Origin: a virus
DNA length: 64,000 nt
IMG/VR virus record: IMGVR_UViG_3300028706_000004
Strand: one strand, 5' to 3'
Positions 35,688 to 44,513 of the stretch are shown here, piece by piece (the stretch's first letter is position 1; each line of letters starts with the position of its first letter). The translations under genes and the position numbers were made by a program. Below the pieces are notes generated by a model. The model saw only the letters and a program-made list of their open reading frames with translations. It did no database searches and had not been told where the DNA came from.

Positions 35688-38600
35688 GACAGTTCGCTAT
35701 TATCAAAGACGTTAGTTCGGATAAACTTTTTGCAATTATTGTTAAAGATGATGATTTTACTGTCTGTCATGGTGTCCATGCTGCCGGTAAAAAGTGGGCT
35801 GAAAGTTACAACAAGGGTTTAACCAAATCCATTTATGACGATCTTCAGCCGGGAATTTCCGTTGGATCGTTCGCGCCCGTAAGAGCGACAACACAAGCTT
35901 TGATTGATGAGGCAACCGAAGGGAAGCCCGTTCGTTTTCCTGATCACTCACAGCTTGTATATGTCAAGTCAGTTAACTACAGATATGCCGGAGAGATTCC
36001 GCAAGTAAAAGATGCTGGGCTATCAAATCTGACAGATAAAGATTTCTTTATTGGAGCAGACTATAAGGGATCAGCTTTTCGTGCCGATTCTGCAAGACTT
36101 TCACTTTTAGCCAAAGCACGCTTAGGACATTTCGGAGCCGATTCTAAAGGTTTTAATTTCACCGAAAAAGGAACAGATCAGAAGGCCCTAAACGAAGAAT
36201 TATTTCAAACTGCTCGGGGGTCCGGGAATGCACGTCGTGCAGCTAAAGCAGTACTTTTAGAGAAACATTTAAACCTAGAAGAACATCCGGGGTATCTCGG
36301 AACAAAAGAACATTCGTCATCTATCCGTACAAAAGCTAACCGTCTTGGTCGCAGACTCGCCCCGGGAGGCGGCGGAGGCAGGGGTCGCGGAGGTATTCGC
36401 AAAATCGGACGGTCAATGAAAGACCCGTTTGATCCAAACGCTTGGGACGGAGATAATGATGGGATAGTTCAGGAGGGCACCGTATGGGAACGTCCCTCAA
36501 TACCGGGCGTTAACACAAATCTTCCGGGCCAACGTCATACCCGAACCAAGCCTCGTAGCTTCCCACGCGATGACGCGGACGGTGTCGAATTTAGATTGCG
36601 CAATCGTCGTGAAGAGAACCGTGCCCAAGACGAGATTTTAAGTACTCCGGTTGGAGAGGTTATTGAAGATTTCCCCGAAGCAACCGAAGCTCTCAGAAAC
36701 ACACTTTCAGGATTCTCTGAAGATGATGACATTTGGGAAACCCCACTAAGGGATATCACGGATGATGGAGAATATTTTGGTGAAGATGATTTAGATCGAC
36801 TTCTTGATATTGCTGTACCGCGACGCCGAGAAGGCACTACTGACAGCTTCTATCGCGATGAACAAGGTATGCGTTCTCAGCGTCTACAGCCCGGGGACAA
36901 GGTCACCGTTCGCCACAGGGGCGAGGACACTGAGGGAACTATCGTCCGATTGGGGCAAGGCGGAGCGAGCGGCGTAGGCACTGACTCCTATGTAGTTGAT
37001 GTCGGTGAGCGGCAATCACTATGGAAACGCTCAGACGAGATTCTGGGCAGCCCGGGCGGCATGCCCTCTCAACGAGGCATGCGTTCTGAGCGATATGACA
37101 TCACACGAGATGAAGCTGGCAAATGGCGTGTCATTGATACGGGCAACAGAAACATGCGGCTTCCCGAAGAATATGACAACCGTGAGGAAGCTTTAAGAGA
37201 AGCGATACGAAGAGATAACCCTCGTGGCGGCATGCGCTCCCAGCGTCGCCCATATGCAGGAACGATTCCAGACCGGTCAGGCGAAACTCGACAAGAACGA
37301 GAGAATCGCAGAATGCGAGGCGAGTTCGACGAAATGACCCGAGTCGGGCGAGCCGCCAGAGAAACCCATGAAGAGCCAGACGGTTCAATCTATGAATTCC
37401 GTCCAACTCTTCACGACAAACCTGAACGGGGTGGCAATTGGATTGACATTACAGACCCCGGCCAAAGATCTGAAATGGCTAGGCGTGCTACGGAAAGGCG
37501 CCAACACGAAGCCCAAACGGGTACGAGCATGGGGCGGTTAGCGCGACCGGGTGCTGGTAGTGAATGGGATCGAATTACAAGGGGTGGAATGCGCTCTAGG
37601 GCGCGCGACGCTTCAGTAGATCGTGCCTCTCAATTGCAGGGCATGCGGTCAAGTCGCAGACGACGCCGAGGTCAAGCTGAACCCGGACTTGATCGTCACT
37701 CAGACATTGATGGTCAGATTTGGGAAAACCTTACCGATGCTGAAAGAGCGCATGTCGGAACGGCGATTGACACAGAAATGCGTAGACGAATGCACGGACT
37801 CGCATGGAATGACATGAACGGCATAGATCCTCGCAAGCCAAAACAAAAAAAGCGTTCAGAAATGACCCCCGAAGAAGAAATGGAAGCAACCTTCCACGTC
37901 AACCCCCTCGGAGGGATCGTAAAACAGTATTTCGATCAAGCAATCAGACCAGACTTTGAAAAAGACTATGAAGGTGACGAGCTTGCCCAAAAACTTAGGG
38001 ACTATATTTTCACCGACGCCGATATCGACACCATCGAAGCCGCGATAGAAAGTCAAATCGAAGCGACTGGCGACGCGACCGACAAGGCTGCCGACCAGCT
38101 CAAGGACCAGTTAAGGGAAATTCGAATCTACCGAAACATGGTCGAACAAAGCAACAACGGCAAAGACCCTGACGCCTTCCGATTCCTTGAGCATCTTACG
38201 CCGACACAGCGTGCCCGAATCTACAACCGTGCAAACGGTGCTGATAAAGATCGTCTAGAAACAAGTAAAGCTTCTTGGGGTCTCAGTAAAGGCAATCGCA
38301 TCAATTCGACTATCGGCAGCACGTTCACGGAACGTCAAGCCGCTATTGATGCTGTTGAGCCCGGCGTTAGGCGCCGTGCGGGAGAGTTCTCCCGATCAAT
38401 GGCACAACGTATTTGGGCTCCAAACCCGAACAATGCCTATCGTCGTGCGCTTAGAAAAGCTCGACGCGGAGGGGCGGGAAGTTCTCTTCCCGGTTTCCGT
38501 CGTGAAGAGGATAAAAGATCAATAGTTGCCCGCCGTGTCGCTCAACTGCGACGCAAGTTGCGGGTCGTTAAGGGTCGTAAAGGTATCCAAGGTGCAATTA

Positions 38601-39586
38601 ATGCTTCTGAAAAGAAACAAATCAAGAAAGCAGTCGATTTCGACGCAGATGGCAAGTTGGTTACAAGCGACGAAGGTATCGCACGTCTCGGCAAAGCCTC
38701 CAGAGCACTACTTGGCGACAAGTCGGTTCTGAAAGATGTCAGAATGAAGGGTCGTGGCGGTAAGGGCACAGACGGAGCTAGCGAAGATGAGGTCGAGAAG
38801 ATACTCAATCAGAACCCAGAAATGGCTGTCATTTGGGACGCTATGGGCATGAATGATTTGCCGGTTGTTGTAGACGATGACAACTTCGAAGCCCTAATTG
38901 ATGCTGGCCATCCCGTCATAGGTCGAGGACACGGAAGCGCTTCCAATGCAACCGATTATCTTGATGACGAATTGCGTTTCCTCCCCGGAGGAGGCGGAGA
39001 AGCCTCAGGCAAGGGCGAATACTGGTCAACCGGTCAAGGCAGTTGGGGTAGTTGGCAAACCGTAGAAGGAGGCAACACGGTTGCTGTTCTTACACCCAAT
39101 GTTCGCCGCATGGACGGAGACACCCTAGACGCCGAATTTACCGCTAATAGATCCGTTAGTCGGGCATTCGAGCTTGTACGAGCAACCTATCCCGGAGATG
39201 AATTGGAAAAAGCGGACATTGCCGAAGTCGTCTCCAGAATGGATGCTGAAATAGCAAAAATAACAGATCTTGCCGAAGGTGCCCCTATTTGGGAAACCGA
39301 AGTTGGTCAACTCTGGACACACTTGTTGGATTCGATCCGCACCAGCGGCAACCCCGACTCTTTGAATGCCATGTTGCTGCTTAACAAAATTAATAACACC
39401 AGCAACGGCAGAAACCTTATTGCCCCCATCTTGGGTTATGACACAATCCAGTCGGGTAGCGTAGAGTTGGTGATGAACCGCAGTGCCGTCATCACCCTAG
39501 GCAGAACCCTTGGTTCTTCAGGATTGAGTCAATTCTTCAAGCAAGCATCAGATGTACGCAGCGAAGGCAGAAGGGCTAGAGCATGA
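35684..39586 (+). CDS. Large polyvalent head-module protein (DGDxDG motif, 5 GMRS sites, C-terminal ART-like domain)
   Basis: 1300 aa; ATGA coupling; FDPNAWDGDNDGIVQEGT; LPVVV...RGH...GKGEY. Confidence 0.82.
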   Translation: MRQFAIIKDVSSDKLFAIIVKDDDFTVCHGVHAAGKKWAESYNKGLTKSIYDDLQPGISVGSFAPVRATTQALIDEATEGKPVRFPDHSQLVYVKSVNYRYAGEIPQVKDAGLSNLTDKDFFIGADYKGSAFRADSARLSLLAKARLGHFGADSKGFNFTEKGTDQKALNEELFQTARGSGNARRAAKAVLLEKHLNLEEHPGYLGTKEHSSSIRTKANRLGRRLAPGGGGGRGRGGIRKIGRSMKDPFDPNAWDGDNDGIVQEGTVWERPSIPGVNTNLPGQRHTRTKPRSFPRDDADGVEFRLRNRREENRAQDEILSTPVGEVIEDFPEATEALRNTLSGFSEDDDIWETPLRDITDDGEYFGEDDLDRLLDIAVPRRREGTTDSFYRDEQGMRSQRLQPGDKVTVRHRGEDTEGTIVRLGQGGASGVGTDSYVVDVGERQSLWKRSDEILGSPGGMPSQRGMRSERYDITRDEAGKWRVIDTGNRNMRLPEEYDNREEALREAIRRDNPRGGMRSQRRPYAGTIPDRSGETRQERENRRMRGEFDEMTRVGRAARETHEEPDGSIYEFRPTLHDKPERGGNWIDITDPGQRSEMARRATERRQHEAQTGTSMGRLARPGAGSEWDRITRGGMRSRARDASVDRASQLQGMRSSRRRRRGQAEPGLDRHSDIDGQIWENLTDAERAHVGTAIDTEMRRRMHGLAWNDMNGIDPRKPKQKKRSEMTPEEEMEATFHVNPLGGIVKQYFDQAIRPDFEKDYEGDELAQKLRDYIFTDADIDTIEAAIESQIEATGDATDKAADQLKDQLREIRIYRNMVEQSNNGKDPDAFRFLEHLTPTQRARIYNRANGADKDRLETSKASWGLSKGNRINSTIGSTFTERQAAIDAVEPGVRRRAGEFSRSMAQRIWAPNPNNAYRRALRKARRGGAGSSLPGFRREEDKRSIVARRVAQLRRKLRVVKGRKGIQGAINASEKKQIKKAVDFDADGKLVTSDEGIARLGKASRALLGDKSVLKDVRMKGRGGKGTDGASEDEVEKILNQNPEMAVIWDAMGMNDLPVVVDDDNFEALIDAGHPVIGRGHGSASNATDYLDDELRFLPGGGGEASGKGEYWSTGQGSWGSWQTVEGGNTVAVLTPNVRRMDGDTLDAEFTANRSVSRAFELVRATYPGDELEKADIAEVVSRMDAEIAKITDLAEGAPIWETEVGQLWTHLLDSIRTSGNPDSLNAMLLLNKINNTSNGRNLIAPILGYDTIQSGSVELVMNRSAVITLGRTLGSSGLSQFFKQASDVRSEGRRARA

Positions 39587-39897
39587 TTACTCCAGAAAAT
39601 CATAAGGAATATCACATAATGCTCTCAACGCTTCTGCGGTACCCCCCGTTCTCCACCGAAGACGACGAGAATGGCGACGAATTGAATTACATCGCTGGTA
39701 AAGAACTAATGGCCTACCACGACGAAGTTATCGCGCCAGCATCCGAGGGCGGAAAACTAGATTGGGAACTAGAAGGCGAACCCTTCGAAGAGTTCAGAGA
39801 AAAATGGAAAGAAGAACTTGAAGAGGCTGAACTCTACCAATCCAGACATGGCGACGATTTCGCTGCCGCCGCAAAAGCTGCCAGCGGCGATGAATAA
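39583..39897 (+). CDS. Small acidic protein, candidate immunity/partner protein
   Basis: 104 aa, strongly acidic, ATGA-coupled to the ART-like domain gene. Confidence 0.65.
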   Translation: MITPENHKEYHIMLSTLLRYPPFSTEDDENGDELNYIAGKELMAYHDEVIAPASEGGKLDWELEGEPFEEFREKWKEELEEAELYQSRHGDDFAAAAKAASGDE

Positions 39898-39899
39898 CG

Positions 39900-42641
39900 A
39901 TGCCCGAGGCACGCACGGACTCCGAAACTGCCAAGAAAGCGCAGGCTCTAAGAGAGGCTGCTGAACTCGGCTGTACCGGTGCGCACCGTCATCCCGATGG
40001 AACATGGATGGCGTGCAGCACCATGGAAGAATACGAGCGCCTCACCAACGGCGAAAAAGAAAAAAGCGCTTTAGATGTCGTTGAAGAAACTCAGAAGATC
40101 CGTTCCCAAAAGGGTCGCAAACGCAAGAAGAAAACTAAGCGCCAATGGGACAAATTGAGAGAACGGGGTGTCACTGGAATTGACACTCTGTCTGGTGGCG
40201 GACTCGTATCCGGCAAGGGTATGACTTTTCGACCTGTAGACGGTGACACGGACGTTTTCGACAACATCAACCAAGCGCGTCGTAGAGCACGCCAATTGGG
40301 ATGTATCGGTGTATCTAGACGTATATCCCGTAGCGGACGTAGGGTTTGGACCCCGTGCACCAACATGACGGACTATGCACGAGCCACTGGCAGTACAGCT
40401 CTTGGAAGGCGCTACCAGCAAAGACTGGAACGTCAACGAATACGAAACATTGTTCGTGACGAGCTATCTAAAATGAAACGACGTAAAAAGCGTCTATTCG
40501 AAGAAGTGTACGAAGTTAAAGGTATTGGTCGCCGTATCGGACGTACCGCACGGTTTGACCCAAAGGCTTGGGATGGCGACAACGACGGGATAGTTCAAGA
40601 GGGCACCCCATACGCACGCCCTGCCATCCCCGGGCTTAACACCAACCTCCCCGGGAAAAAAAGAGGTGTGCGTTCCGTTTGGGATGGGAAACCCGGCACG
40701 CTGAAACGTCCAGAACCTAAAGCAAAGCCAGAACCCGTAACCGACGAAGTCAGAATGGCGTCTCTTAGCAAGGAAATTGACAAGTTGCGAACGGAGAAAC
40801 TCGACCCTCTCCTTCAACAACTCAAGAAAGCCCAAAAGGAAGGTAGTCACGCTGACGTTGCTCGCATTAGGGGCATGATGGCGCCACTTCAACAGGAAGA
40901 ATCGCGTCTTCGTGAAGAACTCGGTACCGCCATGGGTAAAAGCAGATCGGCTCTATCGTTAGGAGCTTCTGCAAATGGTGGCATACGTTCTCGACGGCAA
41001 ATCGATCATATGCTTCAGACCCCTGAGCAAAATATTGAAGATATGGGAGCTGACATAGATGAGTATTTCGCTTTCTTAGATGAACATAATCGAATTGATT
41101 TTCATAGATATTCCATTCATCGACCTAACGATAGGCGAATTCGGCAAGTAGGAGAACCGTCAACAGACGAATATGCGAGTGGAGACGAGTTCGCAGATTT
41201 ACCCGAAATAGATCAAAACATTATCGAAGAGCATGACGAGCTTTGGAGTCAGGTCGAGTGGTGGGCAGACTTTATTGAAAATTCAGGGATTGAACGCAAC
41301 GACTTAACAACTGAACTCAGGGAAAAAGAAGATGAGCTCGATAGCGCAACGGAAAGCGCTTCAAGGCCATATCACGCAGACACTAGAAATTTCTTAGCGG
41401 CTATCGACGGCGACGAAGATAGGGATACCTTTATTGAGCGTGAATACGGTCCCTTCGAAACCAACGAAGCAGATCTGCCATACGGTGGCAGTAGTGAACC
41501 TGAGTGGCGTGAAGATCAATGGGGAAGGGATACCTTCAACGAATACACCGGCTACTGGGATGATTTGATTCGGATACGAGAAGAAACTTCAGATATACAA
41601 CGTGAAATAGACTTCATTCAGGATCAGATTAGTAAATACCACGGGAACGGCACTGAATCCGCCAGAGACAATTATCGCGAAGCCCTAGAAGCCAAGTTGG
41701 CTCAAAGGGCCAACGCAGACGCAATCAGGGGCGAGCTCGCTGAAGGGCGAATTGCCCTCGACCCCGGTCAGGGTCTGCGTTCGCGTAGAGATCGTTTAAG
41801 CCCTAGTGAAAAAGAGTGGCTTAAGATACTTCAAGATAATCCCGGTCTTTGGGCTGAAGCCCCAGCAAGTGTGCGAGCGGTTGCTTCAGACAAGATGAAA
41901 CGTGAAGCACTCCAGATACGCAATGATTTTTCAGGTGGGATGCGAAGCGGACGCTTTGGTAGCGGCGGAAAAGCAATGGGCCAACGAATACTTGCCAAGG
42001 TCAAGCCAGAACACAGAGACAAGGAAGATAGAACCCTTTACTTCATTGGTGGTACAACGGGTTCCGGTAAGTCCACTTTGATTAGCAATGGCTCCATAAG
42101 TGTTCCAAACGACACTGAAGCTGCCCACATAGATCCGGATTTCATCAAAACGGGCCTAGAGGGCTGGGACCCCAAAAACGCTATGGCATTCCACGGAGCA
42201 TCCGTTACAGCGACTCGCGGCGTTCTGGATAGTGCCATCAACGCCAAGATGGATGCTGTAGTGCAGGGCACGGGGAAACGAGCCGAACACCTCCGTACTG
42301 CTAGATCGCGCGGTTATTCGACTGTTGGTCATTTTGTTCATGTCCCCGGCGATGTAGCAAATAAGAGGATCGCCCAACGAAAAGCAGCTGGTGGGCCTGA
42401 TATCCCAACCGGTTTTGGTACCCAAATCGCTGGAGAACTAAGAGGCCATGTAAGTAGACAAATAACAGAAGGCCTATATGACGAGTTCTTCCTGTGGGAG
42501 AACACTGGAGATGCGCCAAGACTGATAGCGTTCAGAAATAGAGATGGGCATTTCGAAATCAATAGCAAAACTGAGTTCGATGCCTTCTTCGGTGACATCG
42601 GTGCAAAGTATGTAGAAAGGTATTGGAAAGATAACCAATGA
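39900..42641 (+). CDS. Polyvalent protein: two DUF3721-like Cys motifs, DGDxDG motif, C-terminal zeta toxin-like P-loop kinase
   Basis: 913 aa; GGTTGSGKST, HIDPDFIK, VVQGT, RIAQR...GG..IP. Confidence 0.85.
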   Translation: MPEARTDSETAKKAQALREAAELGCTGAHRHPDGTWMACSTMEEYERLTNGEKEKSALDVVEETQKIRSQKGRKRKKKTKRQWDKLRERGVTGIDTLSGGGLVSGKGMTFRPVDGDTDVFDNINQARRRARQLGCIGVSRRISRSGRRVWTPCTNMTDYARATGSTALGRRYQQRLERQRIRNIVRDELSKMKRRKKRLFEEVYEVKGIGRRIGRTARFDPKAWDGDNDGIVQEGTPYARPAIPGLNTNLPGKKRGVRSVWDGKPGTLKRPEPKAKPEPVTDEVRMASLSKEIDKLRTEKLDPLLQQLKKAQKEGSHADVARIRGMMAPLQQEESRLREELGTAMGKSRSALSLGASANGGIRSRRQIDHMLQTPEQNIEDMGADIDEYFAFLDEHNRIDFHRYSIHRPNDRRIRQVGEPSTDEYASGDEFADLPEIDQNIIEEHDELWSQVEWWADFIENSGIERNDLTTELREKEDELDSATESASRPYHADTRNFLAAIDGDEDRDTFIEREYGPFETNEADLPYGGSSEPEWREDQWGRDTFNEYTGYWDDLIRIREETSDIQREIDFIQDQISKYHGNGTESARDNYREALEAKLAQRANADAIRGELAEGRIALDPGQGLRSRRDRLSPSEKEWLKILQDNPGLWAEAPASVRAVASDKMKREALQIRNDFSGGMRSGRFGSGGKAMGQRILAKVKPEHRDKEDRTLYFIGGTTGSGKSTLISNGSISVPNDTEAAHIDPDFIKTGLEGWDPKNAMAFHGASVTATRGVLDSAINAKMDAVVQGTGKRAEHLRTARSRGYSTVGHFVHVPGDVANKRIAQRKAAGGPDIPTGFGTQIAGELRGHVSRQITEGLYDEFFLWENTGDAPRLIAFRNRDGHFEINSKTEFDAFFGDIGAKYVERYWKDNQ

Positions 42642-42863
42642 AAATTGCTTCACTGATTTGCGCTTCGTCATTCGCGATAGCCATCTATTGGTATTACTGG
42701 TTTAAAAAATAAACCAGAAAAAAACACCTGAATATTTGACAGTCTTCCCCTACTGGTACCACTATCACTAGTATGCTATTACTTGTACCGGCTCGGGTGC
42801 TTACCTTGGGATCGGACGAACAACTAACAATTACGTCCAATAATTAATCCCGAGGAGGGAAAT

Positions 42864-44198
42864 ATGAGCGAGGACACCTCCCGTCTTTCCGAGTTGCAAA
42901 CCGCAATGCGGACGAAGATGGATACAAACAAGGAGATCGCCGATTCTTTCGAAATCGAAGACGGCGTTGTCCAAGTCGATGCAGACCAAAAAGCTGCGTT
43001 CGACACAAACATGAAAGACATCAAAGAGATCAAAGGTCTCATTGATGGCATTCAGGAGATGGAAAAAGCTCGCGAGTGGGGTTCACAGCCCTCGACCGAG
43101 TCCGTCGCCGCAGAAGCTGCAGCCGAATGGGCAAACAGCAGCGAAGTCAAAGAGGCTGTTCAGCAGTACCGCACTGTCGGTGAGGCTTTTCTAGACTCTG
43201 CTGAGTTCAAAGCTCTTGCCAATGGCGCTGCTGGCGCGAACATGCCTGCTCCGTTCAGTGTCCCCGGAAGCCTTGCTTCCAAAGACCTTTACGGCCAGAA
43301 GGATGTTTACTCCGCTTTGCCCACGGGCACTCCGGGTTCTTTCGGCACCATCCAGCGTGACCCAATCGTCATGCCCCCACAGCGTACAAAGCGCGTTCGT
43401 GACTTGTTCCCGAGCCGCACAACCAACGCTGCTGTCATCGAGTACTTCCGGATGTCCGGCTTCACCAACAACGCTGCTGCAGTGTCTGAGCGCTCAGGTA
43501 CGCCTGAGGCGTTCACCGCCAAGCCGCAGTCGACCTTGGCGTTCGTCGGCGAGCAAGCACCCGTGCGCACCCTTGCACACTGGGAAGCTGCTCACCGCAA
43601 CGTGCTGGCAGACGAGCCGCAGCTCCGGTCGATCATCGACAACGAGCTTCTTTACGGCCTTCGCCTTCAGGAAGATGCACAGATCATCAGCGGTGCCGGT
43701 ACCGGTGAAAACCTCACTGGTATCACCGCCACCACTGGTATCCAGACCTACAACTGGTCTGCAGGTGCATTCACTCCAGTACCCGACACCAAAGCGGACG
43801 CCATCCGGCGTGCGGCAACCTTGTCGTTCCTCGCATACTACGAGCCCACAGGCGTCGTGATGCACCCGAACGACTGGGAAGACGTTGAGCTCACCAAAGA
43901 TTCCAACGGCCAGTACTTGGTCGCGGTTTCTGTGGCGCTCGGCGGCGAGCCTCGCGTGTGGCGACTCCCTGTCATTGAGACTCCGGCCATCGCTGAAGGC
44001 ACTTGTGTCGTCGGCGCATTCGGTACCGGTGCACAGCTCTATGACCGTGAGCAGGCCAGCATTCGGATCAGTGAACAGCACTCGGACTTCTTCATTCGCA
44101 ACGCCATCGTGGTGCTTGCGGAGCAGAGGCTCGCTCTTGCTGTGAAGCGCCCTGAAGCGTTTGTGAAGGTTACCTTCAACAACGCTCCGACTTCCTAA
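42864..44198 (+). CDS. Major capsid protein (HK97 fold)
   Basis: Coiled-coil delta domain; VRDLF, LRSIIDNELLYG....ED.Q...G.G, VMHPNDW, GLPV..T, F..N...V.AE.R. Confidence 0.95.
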   Translation: MSEDTSRLSELQTAMRTKMDTNKEIADSFEIEDGVVQVDADQKAAFDTNMKDIKEIKGLIDGIQEMEKAREWGSQPSTESVAAEAAAEWANSSEVKEAVQQYRTVGEAFLDSAEFKALANGAAGANMPAPFSVPGSLASKDLYGQKDVYSALPTGTPGSFGTIQRDPIVMPPQRTKRVRDLFPSRTTNAAVIEYFRMSGFTNNAAAVSERSGTPEAFTAKPQSTLAFVGEQAPVRTLAHWEAAHRNVLADEPQLRSIIDNELLYGLRLQEDAQIISGAGTGENLTGITATTGIQTYNWSAGAFTPVPDTKADAIRRAATLSFLAYYEPTGVVMHPNDWEDVELTKDSNGQYLVAVSVALGGEPRVWRLPVIETPAIAEGTCVVGAFGTGAQLYDREQASIRISEQHSDFFIRNAIVVLAEQRLALAVKRPEAFVKVTFNNAPTS

Positions 44199-44260
44199 TC
44201 TGACTTAGGGAGAAGCTCTACTTAGCAAATGGCTAAGTAGCACACAGAAAAGCACAACAG

Positions 44261-44293
44261 AAAGCCCCCGGTCCACTACGGGCCGGGGGTTTT
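44261..44293. terminator. Intrinsic (possibly bidirectional) terminator after the capsid gene
   Basis: AAAG-CCCCCGGTCC-ACTAC-GGGCCGGGGG-TTTT. Confidence 0.85.
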
Positions 44294-44331
44294 CTACTTC
44301 TATTGGGGCTTACAAGTAGTAATATTTAGCC

Positions 44332-44502
44332 GTGGCGAAGAATGCGAACGCAGACAATGACTACTGGGAAGAATACCGGCGTCTCGGTAAGGACTTCAGG
44401 GGTGACCCTGAAGACTTTGAAGATTTAGTTGTCGAAGAAGAGCATCCGCGAGCTATAAGAAAAAAGCGGGTCGAGAACACAAAGTTCACCCAGAATGATT
44501 AG
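44332..44502 (+). CDS. Small hypothetical protein (56 aa)
   Basis: Hand translation MAKNANADNDYWEEYRRLGK...; GTG start. Confidence 0.5.
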   Translation: MAKNANADNDYWEEYRRLGKDFRGDPEDFEDLVVEEEHPRAIRKKRVENTKFTQND

Positions 44503-44513
44503 GAGAGGCGCCT

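Noticed and set aside
25406-37597. Repeated segments as a CRISPR array or DGR template/variable repeats
   Set aside because: The repeats are in-frame coding with synonymous divergence; no spacers, cas operon or reverse transcriptase, and the differences are not adenine-specific
42736-42765. Sigma70-like promoter before the capsid gene (TTGACA, then CACTAT)
   Set aside because: The -10 match is weak with an 18-nt spacer; not supportable without transcript data
42700-42790. A conserved phage late-promoter motif in CTAG/TACTA-rich intergenic gaps
   Set aside because: Similar words occur in several gaps, but I could not align a consistent consensus by eye; needs MEME
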